A DNA stretch of 64,000 bases, from contig JBHGNT010000014.1 of the NCBI GenBank assembly GCA_043228905.1, forward strand, positions 14,694,001-14,758,000, given 5' to 3'. Shown here piece by piece: positions 1 to 13,540 of the stretch. A program made the translations under genes and the position numbers. Each line of letters begins with the position of its first letter. Within the stretch, counting starts at the first letter, position 1. Source of the stretch: Azolla caroliniana. Taxonomy: Eukaryota > Plantae > Polypodiophyta. The notes beneath the pieces are model-generated. The model was not told the DNA's origin. It was given only the letters and a program-made list of their open reading frames with translations, and ran no database searches.

Positions 1-1571
1 AAGTGATGTTAACGGCTCGAGAGTGGTTGACAACCACTCTCGCCCAACTCGCCATCAATAGGGCATACCACACGGTCCAAAACCCTTTGCCTCATGATAT
101 CACTGTGGAGGTAAAACTCAACCTATAGAAAGACATGTACTTGATGCAAACATCTTCAACTTGACACAATTGTAAATACAATTATCATTAATTTATAGTT
201 TCCATGTGTATCAAATAAAAGGATAGAAACTTCAGTTGATGTTTCACATCACTAATACCTCGAAAAAGCAACGCAATCATTGAATGGATTATTGTCCAAC
301 TTGTTATCATCTAGAAAATACAAGAAAATAATATTATCATTACAAAATCATTCAGTTTTTGTTATTTTCACACATGATTGGTTCTATATTATGATGTTAA
401 AAATCTTCCAAACTATACTAGAACTTTGTTGAAAAAGCAACATGATCATTTAATGAGATAAAATGCTCATGTCTAATGTTGAGAACAAAGCTCACTTTAT
501 ATCCCAATGGTTCTCAAAGGATATGCAATTGTAACCTCAAATAAGGATATATATATATATATAATAAAAGTGAGGAGAGAAGAATTAGGAAATGGAGATG
601 AGGGAGAATAAAGTAACTAAGATGTAAGAGCTACATGTGTGAGTAAAGGGAAATGATTATCCTAGACACAAGTGATCTTGGATTACTGTCCTTGAAGCAA
701 CTAATATGTCGACAATATATCCTCTGTGCATTAATTTCCTATACTTAGTAATATATTTGTACATTTCACTTTCATAGATGCCATAACAACTAATATTCCT
801 ATATGCCGACTAGATGGTACATCCGTCATCCATCTTGTTGTTGAACCTAGGATAATTTCCTAGGTTCAACAACAAGATTTTCACTAAGAATAGAGATGAT
901 AAATCCCTTGAGGGAAATGATCACCATCAAAGCTTGTCATGTTTATATAATATGTAAGGGAAATGACTAGCTTAAAATAATGTTTTGTGTAGAGTGTTTT
1001 GGCGTAAAAGTAGAGGGAATTAGGATGTCCATTGTGTGCATGCAACTACCTAAATTTGATGAATAATTAAATGGTAAATGTTTCTTAAGATGTTAGGATA
1101 CTCTCTTTCAATGGTTGGAAGAAAAGTGTATCATTCATATGTAAACAGACCTATGTGGCTGCCTATAAAACCAAACTAGTGTACACATTATAATTTGTTC
1201 ACTTCATCTGGTTACATCAACCCATCTAATATAACAATGTAGATACTAGATAGTATAAATTATAATATAAATTGCTCGTCTTCTTGTTACATCAACCCAT
1301 CCTAAATAGCAAGGTACACAATACTATTCGCCCACATCTTTTAGTTAGATTAGGATGAGAATTAAGAAACCCTAAATAAAAGAAAAAAGTCGCAAGGCAG
1401 GATTAATGATTTACATGAACCCATCCCAAAGCCCCATGAGACACGTTATCTCTCTTTCTCTTTTTATTTAGCTTACCCTAGCTACTATTAGCGTTATGTC
1501 TTGGATTCGAAACCCAATCTCTCACCTCTCTATTACTTCATATATGTCTCTTGATTTACTAGATGCCACTG

Positions 1572-1644
1572 TGGAATGTAGGGGTTGAACCCATGTCCTC
1601 TTGGTCTCTATTGGGCAACCAACCTTACCAACTAAGCTACATCC
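1572..1644 (-). pseudogene. tRNA-derived sequence (tRNA pseudogene or SINE head), tRNA-Ala-like
   Basis: Minus strand GGATGTAGCTTAGTTGGTAAG...GAGGACATGGGTTCAACCCCTACATTCCA. A box TAGCTTAGTTGG, B box GGTTCAACCCC, and the ends can pair as an acceptor stem. The anticodon arm (TTGGT..ACCAA) has an abnormal 12-nt loop. Confidence 0.6.
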
Positions 1645-2299
1645 ATCTGGGGACACACACACATACACACACAAAAGCTATCACAAGATATTTCCCTTAT
1701 CGTAGGGTGATTCATTTATAGAAGAAGAAATGGTTATAGAACTAGCCATACATTCATGTGAATAAAAAAGTTTTCGTTTTTTTGGATATGAAAAGTTATT
1801 TCAATTATACTTTTATTATTAAGAAATATCAAAATGTTAAACATAAATAAAAAAGCTTACCCTAAATATATATGTTCTACATCCTTATTTAAGAAGGTTG
1901 GGGACAATTTTATTACTTCAATGTCATCAACACATTTGAAGAGTTTTTAACATTTGCTTGTGAGCCACCACTAGAAGAATTCATGAAATTGATGAGGCTA
2001 CTACCAAGATTGGATGATTGTCTTGAAAAGAAAATTTGAGTCTTTCTTGTGATTTTGGAAGATTTGCAAGAGTTATGGGCAAAGAGTTGTGGATAATACT
2101 TGGGAGCACTTTACTTTGATGCACAACTCATCTTTCTTGATGTCTATGCATACCGATCTTCATCCAAACGTAATATAGTCGATATTGAGGTGTTCCAAGA
2201 CAAACTACATTAGTAGAGATCAATTGTAAATAGAGAGTGATAACACCTATTTCTACATTTTGTTGACACTAACACCTAGCTCATTGTCTTGTAGTAGAA

Positions 2300-3625
2300 T
2301 TGAAATGAATGGATGTCTATACTACCCCATAGTCTACATTGGAGCATACCTCATGATTTGGGTTGGACATTACCATATCCTCATCAAACATAAAACATAT
2401 GCTAAATAATAATTCACGAGATTTGTAGGCTTTAAATCTCAATCATTCTTGTACTCAAAAGATGCATTTAAGAGCATCATGATGGTTTACTTTCTTCTTT
2501 TCTCCTCCAGAATATGGCTATGTGTGATGGGACCAAATACGCATAGATGACCAATATGTTGTACGATTGTAAAGCTAGTAAAATCATCTTAGATAACAAA
2601 GATGAAGTATCTGTTGCCATCCACCAATATAGTTTGCATTGGTCCACATAGATAGGAAAGAATTAGATGCAATGGTGTCTCCATTTTGTTGGTACTATTT
2701 GGAAACTTTTGTCAACTTTTTTTTCCATAAACATAACATTCATATAAGGACAAACATTTAAACAAGGCTCTAAAAGTGCCTTCAAATAGCTCATGAATTC
2801 TTCCTAATTTCATTGACTTTAGTTTTAAATGTAGAGTCAATGATGTAAAATTCATGTGCGATCAATGGTATGGTTTCTTGACATTGTATGGGTTGGACCT
2901 GCAACAATCACATGGGATCCATTATTTGATGAGGATAAATGTTAGTTAAGCTCTAGGCATCATGTTTTCTAGGCTTCATTGTTTCATAATTGATGAATCT
3001 GCATTATTTCACATTTAAAGTGAAATTCGGTTATGGTCTCACTCATTGATAATAATGTTATTGCTTGTCCTAGAACAAAATAGACAACTTGAGTGATAAT
3101 TGACCTTGTTTTGTTCATTGATAGGTGCCATGTTTTCTGGACTGCTTTGTTTCATAAATGAATGCAATACTTCATAATTAAAGTGAAATTTGATTATGGT
3201 TTCATTGGCTATGGTTTCACTTAGTGATAATAATGTTCATGCTTGTCCTAGAACAAAATAGATATTTTGAATGCTAATTGACCTTGTTTCATTCATTGAT
3301 AGGTTTGCTTCTCCTTTATACATGGCTTTCATGCAATTGTCTCTAAACCTAAGTTCTCGTGCTTTTGTAGAAGAGCTTTGTAATTGTGCGAGAGATTCTT
3401 GGGTTGTGCTAGGTAGTGTTTCACACTAGTATCAAATAACCAAAGGTTCTCAACACTCACCATATGTGTTTGGACAAATATAATTGTATTTCCTCGTTTC
3501 TTCTCACTTGATTTTGTTTCGTAATCGTCCATTTCATGCATGATGGCTTGAATAAAGTCTCCTTCTACTTCTTCGTGGTTCCTTTTAGAGACATGTAATG
3601 AAGAACAATGTGGAGGAAATCTTCT
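2300..3625 (-). mobile_element. Old, heavily decayed Ty1/copia remnant (protease/integrase fragments)
   Basis: Minus-strand translations: LWLFDTSVKHYL (protease-like), TPLHLI..LCGPMQT..GNRYFIFV (integrase) and HLCVFGPITHSHILEEKRRK (integrase C-terminus). Many stops and deletions. Confidence 0.6.
2961..3304. repeat. Diverged tandem duplication (~170 bp x2) inside the old copia remnant
   Basis: Blocks such as gcttgtcctagaacaaaataga and taattgaccttgttt..ttcattgataggt occur at ~3063 and again at ~3241. Confidence 0.75.
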
Positions 3626-5379
3626 TACTTTGCTCACGTTCCGCTCTTTCGGGAATGGGTGTCGGTGTTGCTTGCCGAATTGGCACGCTTCGCATACACC
3701 TTCAATCTCCTTCTCTTTGAATGTCGGAAGTCTGATGACGACTCCTTTCGATTTCATTGCTTTGAGTTTGTTGAGATTGATGTGGCCGATTCGCTTGTGC
3801 CATAGCTCTATGTCGGAGTCGGCTTTCGTGCCTTTCGCGAACATGGCAGATTTCATCTTGCGTGAATCGAGAATGAACATCCGGCCCTCTCTTCGTCTAC
3901 TTGCGATGAGTCGGCCCTCTTTTTCGATGAAGCAACTGCCTTGATTAAATTGAACTTGCATCCCTTGCTCTACAATTTGGCCAACGGAGACCAAATTCTT
4001 CGTAATGGTCGGTACATGCAATACATTTTTAATGTAATTTTGTTTACCTTCTTTTTCGAACAGAACATTGCCGATGTGCCGAATCGGGTGCGTAGTGTCG
4101 TCTCCAGTTTCGACATAGCCGGGTCGGTTCGGCTCTCGAAGTTCTCGGAACCATTCTTGATGCGATGTCATATGGTTCGAGGCACCGGAATCGACGAACC
4201 ATACGTCTTCCGGACCGGAGGAACTAGTTGAGGTAGAGGCCGACATAGAGTTTGCTCTATGTTTCATCATGAACATTCCGCCACGGTCGGAGTTGTTCCC
4301 GTACATTTCGCTATACTCTTCGTAGTCAGAATTGTGTGCGTAATTCGTGAGTTGTCGGCTTGTGGAAGCCGATTCACCGATCTTCTTTCGGCACTCTTCT
4401 TCGTGGTGGCCGAGCTTTTCGCAATATCCGCATTCGGTTGCATTTTGACGGCTCGAGCCGGAGTGGAAGCTCCCCCTTCTTGCAAAGGTTCCTCGTTGGC
4501 TTCCGTTTTGCGGCCGAAATTGGGAGTTGTTGTCGTAGGTCGGACCTCGTCCGCCTTGTCCTTGGCCGAATCGGCCTCTCGCTCGTTCGCGTCCTCACTC
4601 TAGAGCATGTTAGAGTGCGTGTAGAGCATGTGGCCTTCCAGCTCATTGCTCCTTGCACGCACGTGGTTTTCTTCGACCAATAGCATTGATTGGAGCTCGA
4701 AGAAGGAGGGAGATTTCTCCCGTGCTAGAACGGCGGTTCGTATCGCGCTAAACCGTGGTGCGAGGCCGCCGAGGCATATTTGCACCATTTCATCATCATC
4801 TATACTTACGCTTATTGAGCCGAGCGAGTCGCAAAGCTCCTTTATCTTCAAGGTGTATGTCGTGATGGACATGTCCCTTTGTTGAATGTTGTTCAACTCT
4901 TGGCGGAGTTGAAGCTTCCTCGCGGTTGTGTTAGCGGCGAAAATCTTTCGTAGATTTTCCCACGCTTCGTTCGGCGTCTTGGCTTCTCGAATGTAACCGA
5001 GCATGTGGTCGTGAACACATATTGCCAAGCAATACATCACGCGGCTTGCGGCTTATTCCCATGTCGCGTATCCGGGAGCCGCTTCGGCGGGCCGGTCTTC
5101 ATGCGCTCCTTTGATGTAGCTCCAATAGCCTTGTCCGACAAGGTATTGGTGCATCTTGTACTCCCAAGATGCGAAGTTGTTTCGATCCAACTTCTCGGTA
5201 GGGAGAGCACTCCCCATTTGAGTATTCATTATGTCGATTCTTCTTCTTCTTCTTCTTCTCTCTTCGAATGCGAGCTATGTAGCGAAGCTATGATAGCGAT
5301 GAGCCGGTTCTTGGTCGTCGGCGTGGAGCACAACACACGATCACGATGAGGCAAATGGGCTAGATCGAGCTACCAAATC

Positions 5380-5391
5380 GCTCTGATACCA
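5380..5391 (-). promoter_or_regulatory. Primer-binding site, tRNA-iMet
   Basis: gctctgatacca is the reverse complement of TGGTATCAGAGC. Confidence 0.9.
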
Positions 5392-5783
5392 TGTAAAGAA
5401 TCAAGAGATGGATTCTTGTGAAGCGGAAGAGATATGAGTTATGTGTGTGTATGTATGAGAGAGAGAGAGTGAGAGAGACAAGGAGTAAAACACAGAGAAT
5501 ACGCAAGGTTAAGTATATTAACAAAGGAGAAAGACTCAACATTATACAAGGTGGGAGGATAGTGCTTTATGTAGTCACCCTCTCTCTTCATTAACTATAA
5601 GACTCATGGAGCATGGGGAATGTGAAACCTCATAAGTTATGTGTCATAGAATATGACTCTATGACTCATACTAAATGCTAGAATATAAAGTGGTGACATA
5701 ATGGTGACTCTTGACCGTTTTAGTGTCTCTTCACTCTCAAGGTGAGTTCACACACTAGACCAAGTTAAGCTTGATTCTCAACA
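5392..5783 (-). repeat. 5' LTR of copia C1
   Basis: Begins tgtaaag directly after the reverse-complement PBS and ends ...ttctcaaca. Confidence 0.85.
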
Positions 5784-6836
5784 CATTGACTAGCTACATA
5801 TTTACCATTTCGTTTCTTCCTTCAGAATTCATCTTGCTCAAGTTTTGCTATTCAATTTTGTAAAGTTAGATTCTTTTCATCTTATGAAGTCGTATGAACG
5901 TGAACCAAGATAAGGGTATAACATGCATGAGTATCGCATGTTCTGATGTTTCTCGATAATGCTACAAGCCGTGATGGTCGCATCTCTTACCATGTGCTCC
6001 AAAGGCTAATGAAGATGTTGATTGGTTCCTCATTATGCATCTCCATGTTCATCAAGATTCGATATGAAAAGATTTTGATGATGACATTACAAGATTGGTG
6101 TAATTGCTTTACATAATCCTGCATATCTAGATTTCGAACTTGATTGATTTATCGACCACTTAGGTTTCTACTTTTTGACTCGGTAAGTATGGGTTCCCAT
6201 GTAGGAATGGGTAAGCATCCATGCATAATTTCTTATCGGTTTTGTTCTCAACTCTAAAATCAACTTGAAAGGTCAACTCTAGTCTCATTTCCCACATTCT
6301 ATAATTTCGGTATTTAAATTTCTCCACAAATATATTATTGCATGGATTGATCAGTCTACTTATTTATGCTTAGATTTGCCACCTAACCATTTAACGGTCA
6401 AATAATAATGAGCATACATATTAATGAAAGGAATATTACCAAAAGTAGGAACAAGGTCACCAATGATGTATGAATAAAGAGAAGAGGATTTTCTTAAACA
6501 ACTTTGAGAACCCCTAGTCCCCAATGTTGTGAGAAGGGTGATGAGCACTTAAAGAATTTCATTTGTTATTATAGCGAAACAACTATTCATGCACATTGTG
6601 GGTGTCCCGAAATGCTATCTCTAACAATTGTGTGATAGAGAGCATGTTGTTGTTGGAACTCAGAGGTGGGCGTGGTGTACAATTTTGAGGGGCAATGTCC
6701 AAAGTAAACCAACATTGACAACAAGAGTAATCAATACATATTGGTTACTTTTGAGTGGCATCTACCTAAGAAGCAAAAAGAATGAGGTGCATATAATGGA
6801 TAATATGTGCAAGAAAAGGGAAGGGGGGAGGGGGTT

Positions 6837-7157
6837 GGATTAATGGCGTGGTTTGATTTGGTTAAGACTAAGAAATGAATGCAATGGGTTCGACCACATT
6901 CCTGCCAAATTTCACATCTAAATGTGGTACGGGTGGGTCTACAAGTAACCTAAATAGATAACCTAAATAGATAGATTGGGTAAAAGAAAGGGGATTAATG
7001 GTGTGGTTTGATTTGGTTGAGACTAAGAAATGAATGCAATGGGTTCGACCACATTCCTGCCAAAATTCACATCTAAATGTGGTGGGGGTGGGTCTACAAG
7101 TAACCTAAATAGATAACCTAAATAGATAGATAGATAGATAGATTGGGTAAAAGAAAT
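6837..7157. repeat. Recent ~155-bp tandem duplication just 3' of the ERF gene
   Basis: ggattaatgg(c/t)gtggtttgatttggtt...gattgggtaaaagaaa at 6837 and 6992. Near-identical, with (GATA)n length variation. Confidence 0.9.
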
Positions 7158-7216
7158 GGGATGGGGTGCCATGTCCTTAAATTGCAATTTGTAAGGAAAA
7201 CAATGCATCAGCGACT

Positions 7217-8245
7217 TCAGTTGCTCCAAGAATCTCCACACCATAGCGCGGAGCTCAATTCCTGGTCAACGTCAATGTCAACGTCAACGTCGGTGGTGTC
7301 GATCCGCTTGGATGTCGTGACACCGGCCGAGATGGCGGTGAAGCCGTGGCGCGCCAGGCTGCCGAACGCCTGGAAAGGGTCGTCATCGAAGCCCGTGCAG
7401 GGGAGATAGCTGCCGCCCGGGGATGCCACTTGCGAGTAGGGGCTGAGCAGAGTGCTTGGATCCATGAATGCAGCAGCAGCAGATGTGCAATGGCCATGGC
7501 TATGGCTATGGCTATGGATATGGCTATGGTGGGGGTTCTTGTGGAGCAGCCGCAAGACTCTCTGAATCCATGCGGAGCTCCCAGGCGAGGCGGGGGTACT
7601 ACTGATTGGATGCATCATCTCCGGGGCGGCGGCGGGGGCGGAGGAGGAGGAGGAGGAGGGGGAGGAAGAGGAGACAGGAAGGGAAACAGGCGTGGATCCT
7701 GATCTTGCTGCTCCTCCACCTGAGCCTTTGATTAGTAGGCGGGGTCGGAGGGGATGATGATCCGGCGGCGGAAAGAAGGAAGAAGGCGGCGGAGGAGGAG
7801 GAGGAGGAGGAGGAGGAGGGGGAAGAGGTGAGGAGGCGGAGGAAGTGGCGATGGCGGCGGCGGTGGCTTGGACGGTGCGAGGGGAGAAGAGGCATGGCGT
7901 TGGGGCGGGTGGGAAGACGAGGCGGGTGGAGTCGGAGAAATTGAGGAAGGAGGCAGCGGCGGCGGAGCCGCGGAGGAGGACAGCGGCCACATCGTAGGCG
8001 CGGGCCGCCTGCTCCGGGCTATTGTAGGAGCCCAGCCATATCTTGTGGCGGGAGTGGGGTATGCGTATCTCCGACACCCACCGCCCGAAGCTGCGCTTGC
8101 GGACGCCCTTGAATCGCCCCCCGCAGCCGCCGCCGCCGCCACTTGTAGAGGAGGAGGTGGTGGTGGAGGTGGAGGTGGAGGTGGAGGGGGCGGAGGAGGA
8201 GAAAGCTAGGGCGAGGGGAGAGGGGCGGAAGCCTCGTTTAACCAT
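7217..8245 (-). CDS. AP2/ERF transcription factor, DREB subfamily (group II/A-5, ERF017/ORA47-like), intronless, 342 aa
   Basis: AP2 domain [53 protein letters not shown] with the DREB-diagnostic V and E (WVSEIR..). MVK start, Pro/Ser/His-rich region, acidic C-terminus with LW motif. GC-rich island. Confidence 0.93.
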   Translation of the reverse strand: MVKRGFRPSPLALAFSSSAPSTSTSTSTTTSSSTSGGGGGCGGRFKGVRKRSFGRWVSEIRIPHSRHKIWLGSYNSPEQAARAYDVAAVLLRGSAAAASFLNFSDSTRLVFPPAPTPCLFSPRTVQATAAAIATSSASSPLPPPPPPPPPPPPPSSFFPPPDHHPLRPRLLIKGSGGGAARSGSTPVSLPVSSSSPSSSSSSAPAAAPEMMHPISSTPASPGSSAWIQRVLRLLHKNPHHSHIHSHSHSHGHCTSAAAAFMDPSTLLSPYSQVASPGGSYLPCTGFDDDPFQAFGSLARHGFTAISAGVTTSKRIDTTDVDVDIDVDQELSSALWCGDSWSN

Positions 8246-8278
8246 ACCTTTCTTTTTAAGGGGGGGCTGGGGGTGGGA

Positions 8279-8287
8279 TGACGTGGC
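8279..8287 (-). promoter_or_regulatory. ACGT-core bZIP element (GCCACGTCA) upstream of the ERF ATG
   Basis: tgacgtggc on the + strand, ~35 bp upstream of the start codon. Confidence 0.4.
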
Positions 8288-8727
8288 TCAAGGGGGGGGG
8301 GGGGAGAAAGGTGAGAGAGAGATAAGCCGTTTCTTTCCTTCTTTAGTAAAAGTGTCGCTAATTCTAGAGGGGGAGGTGTGCTCTTTTTCTCTTTTGTTTT
8401 AGGGGGGGTCTTTCTTTTTTGTTTTTCCCTTCACACAATTGGGGGAGGTATTTTTTTTGGCTTGGCTTGGCTTGGGGGGGGGGGGGGCGGTCTTTGTTTT
8501 TTGTTTTTCCCTTCACAATTGTCAACTCTGGCAATTGCTGAAGAAGGAAGGGAAAAACAAAATGAAGAGAGGGGTATGTGTGTGTGGGTTTTGTTGTTCT
8601 CTCGCCTCACCTCGCCCCGTGTGTGAATGCAACGAAACACGGGGTTGGGAGGAGAGGAGAGGGGGGGGAGTGGGGCAGTCTGGCACTCCCCTAAGCCCTT
8701 TTGGGTTTTTTCTTTGTTTTTTGGCCT

Positions 8728-8744
8728 CCACGTGTCATCACGTC
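8728..8744 (-). promoter_or_regulatory. ABRE/G-box (GACACGTGG) plus a second ACGT core in the ERF promoter
   Basis: ccacgtgtcatcacgtc on the + strand, ~490 bp upstream of the ATG. Confidence 0.45.
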
Positions 8745-8840
8745 CCACCATGTCCCCCCGTCCTTTTTTGTCGCTTTTTCCTTTTCTGCTTTTTTAGCCT
8801 CATTTCATTTGTCACTCCCGAGTCCCACCCTTCGTCATAG

Positions 8841-8841
8841 C

Positions 8842-8879
<38 letters not shown>

Positions 8880-8897
8880 TCTCTCTCTCTCTCTCTC
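8841..8897. repeat. Compound (CT)n(CA)n(CT)n microsatellite; a second (CT)n(CA)n lies at ~9075-9113
   Basis: Seen directly. Confidence 0.95.
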
Positions 8898-10293
8898 AAG
8901 TCAAAACTGGTAAACAAAAACACATAAAACAAGTAGAAATGTAGTCAAAACAAAAAAGAAAAGAAATCCTTTTTGGAATAAAAAAAAGAAAAAGAAAAGA
9001 AAAGAAAGCCATCGTTGTCCTCCTCCTCATCACCAGCCACTTCCTTTTCCGTATATCATATAATATCTTAATAACTCTCTCTCTCTCTCTCTCTCTCTCT
9101 CCACACACACACACTTTTTTATGTCCTAATCTCTTCCTCTCCCCCTCCCACCCCCAAAATCTAAAGCAGAACATCATGTGGTTCATTTCGTGACCCACAA
9201 TCGGGCCCCGCAAAACACACCCAAATAGAACAATTGTTGTTTACAGCTTCTTTCTTACCCCTTGCTCCCAACCTAGGGCCAAACACACCCCCAAAACAAA
9301 AAGAAAATTCTTTTTGGTGGTGGTGGGGGGGGGGGGGGGAAAGGACGTACATCGGTCACAAATGAGTGTTTGCATCATACACCAATGCACATACGACACA
9401 CACAAAGGAGATCTTGCACTCGTCACCAACAACAATTCTTTATAAGAACAATCCAAACGGAAGCATACCTCATCAATTCTCACTTAATACATATTAGCCA
9501 TGTGTTTATTGGGGGGCATCATCCACAAGTTCGAATCATTTATTGTTCGATTACTTAATTGTGAGATGCATAATCATATACGTATGCATTACGTATCGCA
9601 ATATATTATAAACCTAAATATTAGCACTTCATTATTATACTTGTATTATTACAAATAAATATTCAATATGATGCATTGCTCTTTTCTACATAATTTTGTG
9701 CCATAAAGAAATGTTCTCGACTTCGTTTGTAAGTTCTTAGTTATGAAAAATGGGGATTTCGTATACAAAGATAAATTACATAGAAATTAAACTCTAGTTC
9801 AATCTAGGGCCAATATATATGTAAATTCTAATCTAAGAAAATATAGTTGATCTAGATCACACAAAACATCCAATTGATTTGTGGTTTGATGAAATGTGAG
9901 TATCCTTCAAAGATGAGCACAATGCAACCCACCTTGTTGCCTAGACTTGTCAAAGACAAAAAATTTGTTTCGTAACAATAATATAGCTATAATTATTAAC
10001 TTTTCTGGAAAAAAGATCACATGTACTGGACTACTCACAATAAGTGTGTATATTTTGGTCCCTTTGTAAACATTGCTTGTAGAAATTCAACATCTCATAC
10101 AAGATAACTTACAAAGAAATATAGTGGATAAGACAAGAATGCTTTAGCCTTGATCACTCATTAGATTATCTTACCCATGCTACTCGTACAGAGAAAACTG
10201 TTTCTTTAAATGTTCATTTGGTGAGGTAGGATCGAATTTAAATGTGCATAAAATGTTTGCCATGCTACAAATGAAATTTAGGATTGGACATTA

Positions 10294-10481
10294 GGGACTT
10301 GATGTTGGATACTATGACTTGAGGAATCAAATGATAGTGTTGTAAACTAATAACTACATATAGGCCACCACCTTTACATGAAATCTTGGGAGTTGATGTC
10401 AGATACTATGGCTTGAGGAACTAAATGATAGGGTTGTAAACTAATGACTACATATAGGCCCCCACCTGTACATGAAATCTT
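10294..10481. repeat. 94-bp tandem duplication
   Basis: ggga(c/g)ttgatgt...gatactatg(a/g)cttgaggaa...tacatgaaatctt at 10294 and 10388. Confidence 0.85.
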
Positions 10482-10765
10482 TCCCCCTCTATCATTATAT
10501 ATTAAAAATATTTGCTATCTTTGTCCATCTTACAAGTCAAATTGTGCCAATGGACACTAGATATTCATTTCCAAACTTATTCATGAAAGCTTTCCTTGTT
10601 TGTAAAACACAACATTTTATGATGATTAGAGGCTCTACAAAGATCAATTTTATTAAACCTTAAGAATTAATAAATATTAACAAACATAATGGCAATTATA
10701 AATCATGAAAATTATGGACCATAAAATCTTGGTGAGAGTTTTAAACTTTTGCTTGAAATTGTATG

Positions 10766-11400
10766 CTAGATGTACGGGTAGTGACATGGACCCCTTAAAC
10801 GAATTTTAATTTAGTTGCTAGTTTTGAATCGTAGCTTGAAACTTTATACTAAATATACCGGTTTAGGGAGCATGGACCACTTAAGAATCAAGATTATGAA
10901 TCTTATGAATTGATTGTGTTTCTTCACATTACAAGTTTTGTTTCCTTGCATGCCCATATGAATACAACACATAAGAGTTTTCCTTTCCATTTTTGGCTCC
11001 ATGTGGCACAATTTACTCGTGCAACTAATTTCTCTCTTCAACCTTTGTCATGCCTCACTTCCAATAACGAAAACGAGCAAACAAAAAAGTTGAAAAAGAA
11101 AACAATCCACTTCCTTTTCGTAACATGTTGAGTTGTGCAATAATAATACACACACATTTTGTCGCAATCTAAACCCACCCAAACTACTATCAAAGAAAAT
11201 GTGTGTGCTTTGATTTGTAGCGACAAGTCAGTTTTCGTGATGTTCCCCCCATCGCTCCCAAAGAAACATACTTGGGTCCTTACATTGGTCACAATTGAGC
11301 ACTTGTGTACTAGATGTACGAGTATATTGAGCATGGACCCCTTGAATCAAATTTAATCTAGTTGCGAGTTTTAAACTGTAAGTTCAAATTTCATTCTAAA
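10766..11400. repeat. Two diverged copies of a ~90-bp dispersed repeat (10766-10852, 11310-11400)
   Basis: ctagatgtacg...catggaccccttaa/ga...tagttgc..gtttt in both copies. Confidence 0.65.
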
Positions 11401-11784
11401 TGTACTTGATTAGAAGGAGAAATTAGGAGATCCTTTTAAGGATTTAATGTATGCAAAAAATTCGAACAAAAGGTGTGAAATCATGACAGTATCAGCATGG
11501 AGGATAGTCTCCATAATGAGGACACCGCCTCATCTCCCCATTAGGCCACATATTCTACCAGTAGCCAACAAGCCCGTAGTTTACCAAAACATTGCAACAC
11601 AGTTGGTGTCGACTCACCTTTGGTGACTACACCTAGTCAACCAAGAATCCTTAATGAAACACTTGGGCTCTCTAAATCCTTTTCAATTTCCTCTAAAGAC
11701 GAGATGACCCTGAAGAACATCTAATACCTTTCCTTACAAATGATCATGTGTTTCTAAGTGGCATGTCTAAGTGGCACAACTCTT

Positions 11785-12560
11785 TTTTATAACTAGGAAA
11801 CTAAAAAGGAGGGAGTTTATAAACTCTTTTTTATTTATTTTTACGAATACTTTTTTCATGCGTTCGTATTCATATTTGTATGGAAGGCTCCAATGTGAAG
11901 TCCCTTTTTTATTGCAAAGTAAAAATATCCCCCCTTCTTACTACTTCCATTACTTAAGTCAATGTGATAATATACACTATATTATCCTATGCATTTGTTT
12001 GGAACGCCCCAATGTGAAGTCCTTGTTTTATTGTAAAGTAAAAATATCCCGCTTTGTTTTTTTTCCCAAAAAATTTATTACTTCCATTAGTTAAGTCAAT
12101 GTACATAGGATAATATACAACTCATTCTTCAGTTATGGAAAAAAGTTGCCCCTGTTTACAGAGTCAACTCAAGGGCCTCAATGGCACTATCGACTTCCAT
12201 GGACCCTTTCTTGAATGTTAGTAAATGATGGCAGTGTGCATCAACAAATTCCAACACCTTCTCCACAGTCCTATCTTTGGTCTTAGGATTACTATACATC
12301 ATTGTACATAAATAGTTGTAAGCTTCTGGGTTGACAAGCTCAAGTTGTTGCCTTCGAGCATTTTTTCTTAATATGTACTATTGAAGAAAATCTTTGAAGG
12401 AAAAAAAAGAGTACATCAACTCATATCTTAAAATATCCCCTTTTTATTGTCAAGTGCCTTTTTCTATAACTAGGAAACTAAATAAGATGGAATTTATGAA
12501 CTATTTTTCGTTTTAATTTTTCTTTATGAATACTTTTTCATGCATTCGTTTGGAAGGCCC
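11785..12560. repeat. Local repeat cluster (11785-11890 resembles 12465-12560; 11880-11980 resembles 11999-12100)
   Basis: tataactaggaaactaaa..., tggaaggc..caatgtgaagtcc and aaaatatccc each recur. Confidence 0.65.
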
Positions 12561-13079
12561 AACGAATGCGAATATGTCAATCTATGGTCACAATATTGGA
12601 AGTTGTCACGTAAACATGCATGCGTTTGCTACTCAAGCTCGACAATGCGATCTCTAAACTTACGAGTGTGTGATGTTGTCCGAAGGTACTTCCAAGGGCT
12701 TCACCCAAAGCCCATCGTGCAATGTATGGGCTCTTGATAAATCAGCCAAGACATGCAAAACGAATGAGCATGCGAGTGTTCAAGGGGCGCTCATGCTTTT
12801 GAAGGGGCGTGTGGGCAACCAAGGGGAGCGTGTACTTTCGAAGGGGTGTGTGGGCTGTGAATGGGTACACATGCTTTCGGGAGAGCAAGCGGGCAACAAA
12901 TCAACCCGAAGAAAGCATTGCTGCGCTTACACGTGTGTGTGTGTGTGTGTGTGCACTACTCGAGTGAAATCGTAGGGAACTTGACTAGGAGGGATATGAT
13001 GCCATTATAGAAGACTTGAAACCCTTCGTTGATTGTCTCATGTAGAATCCCCTTCATGTGTATAACATTTGGCATTAGT

Positions 13080-13540
13080 CACACATACATATACATAGTT
13101 AGGTTTAGGGTTAGTATTAGGGTTAATTAACAATAAAGCCAAACAAGAATTAGGATACACATACACATACACACAAATTAACATAGGCTGAAATTAACAT
13201 TCATACACATATATAGTTAAGTTTAGGGTAGTCTTAGGATTAATTAACCATAAAGCCACACAAAAATTCTGAAGCACATACACAAACACACAAATTAACA
13301 TAGGCTAAATTTAACATTCATACCCATACACCAATTAACATAGGTTGTAAATATAAGGATGGGGATTATGCTTAGTTTTGTGTGGAGTAGTGTGAGTTTT
13401 GCTGATTAATGGTTGAACTTTGATGTACTTCGTTTGCTAACTAATGGGAAGTAGTGTTTTTTTTGGAAAAAAAAAAAAACATAGGTTGAAATTAACATTC
13501 ATACATACACGTACTCAAATTAACTATCACATATACATAT
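13080..13540. repeat. Degenerate minisatellite of aaattaacatagg/cattcatacacat units with ttagggtt-like motifs
   Basis: aattaacatagg recurs at ~13176, 13293, 13333 and, in part, 13478. Confidence 0.7.

Larger units (their letters stand above)
3628..5783 (-). mobile_element. 3'-truncated Ty1/copia C1: 5' LTR, PBS, gag, protease, GAG-pre-integrase
   Basis: LTR 5392-5783 (TG..CA). PBS TGGTATCAGAGC at 5391-5380. gag starts MNTQMGSALPTEKLD at ~5229. WFVDSGASNHM and LWHKRIGH..CEACQFGKQ are present. The element stops abruptly after KERNVSK. Same family as C2. Confidence 0.9.

Noticed and set aside
3329-4306. 325-aa ORF as a novel gene
   Set aside because: Chance in-frame fusion of C1 protease/pre-integrase to an older copia remnant at ~3628.
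7255-8402. Overlapping Gly/Ser-rich ORFs around the ERF gene
   Set aside because: Alternative-frame shadows of a GC-rich, low-complexity CDS.
13099-13125. Interstitial telomere
   Set aside because: Only 2-3 imperfect TTTAGGG-like units inside a minisatellite.
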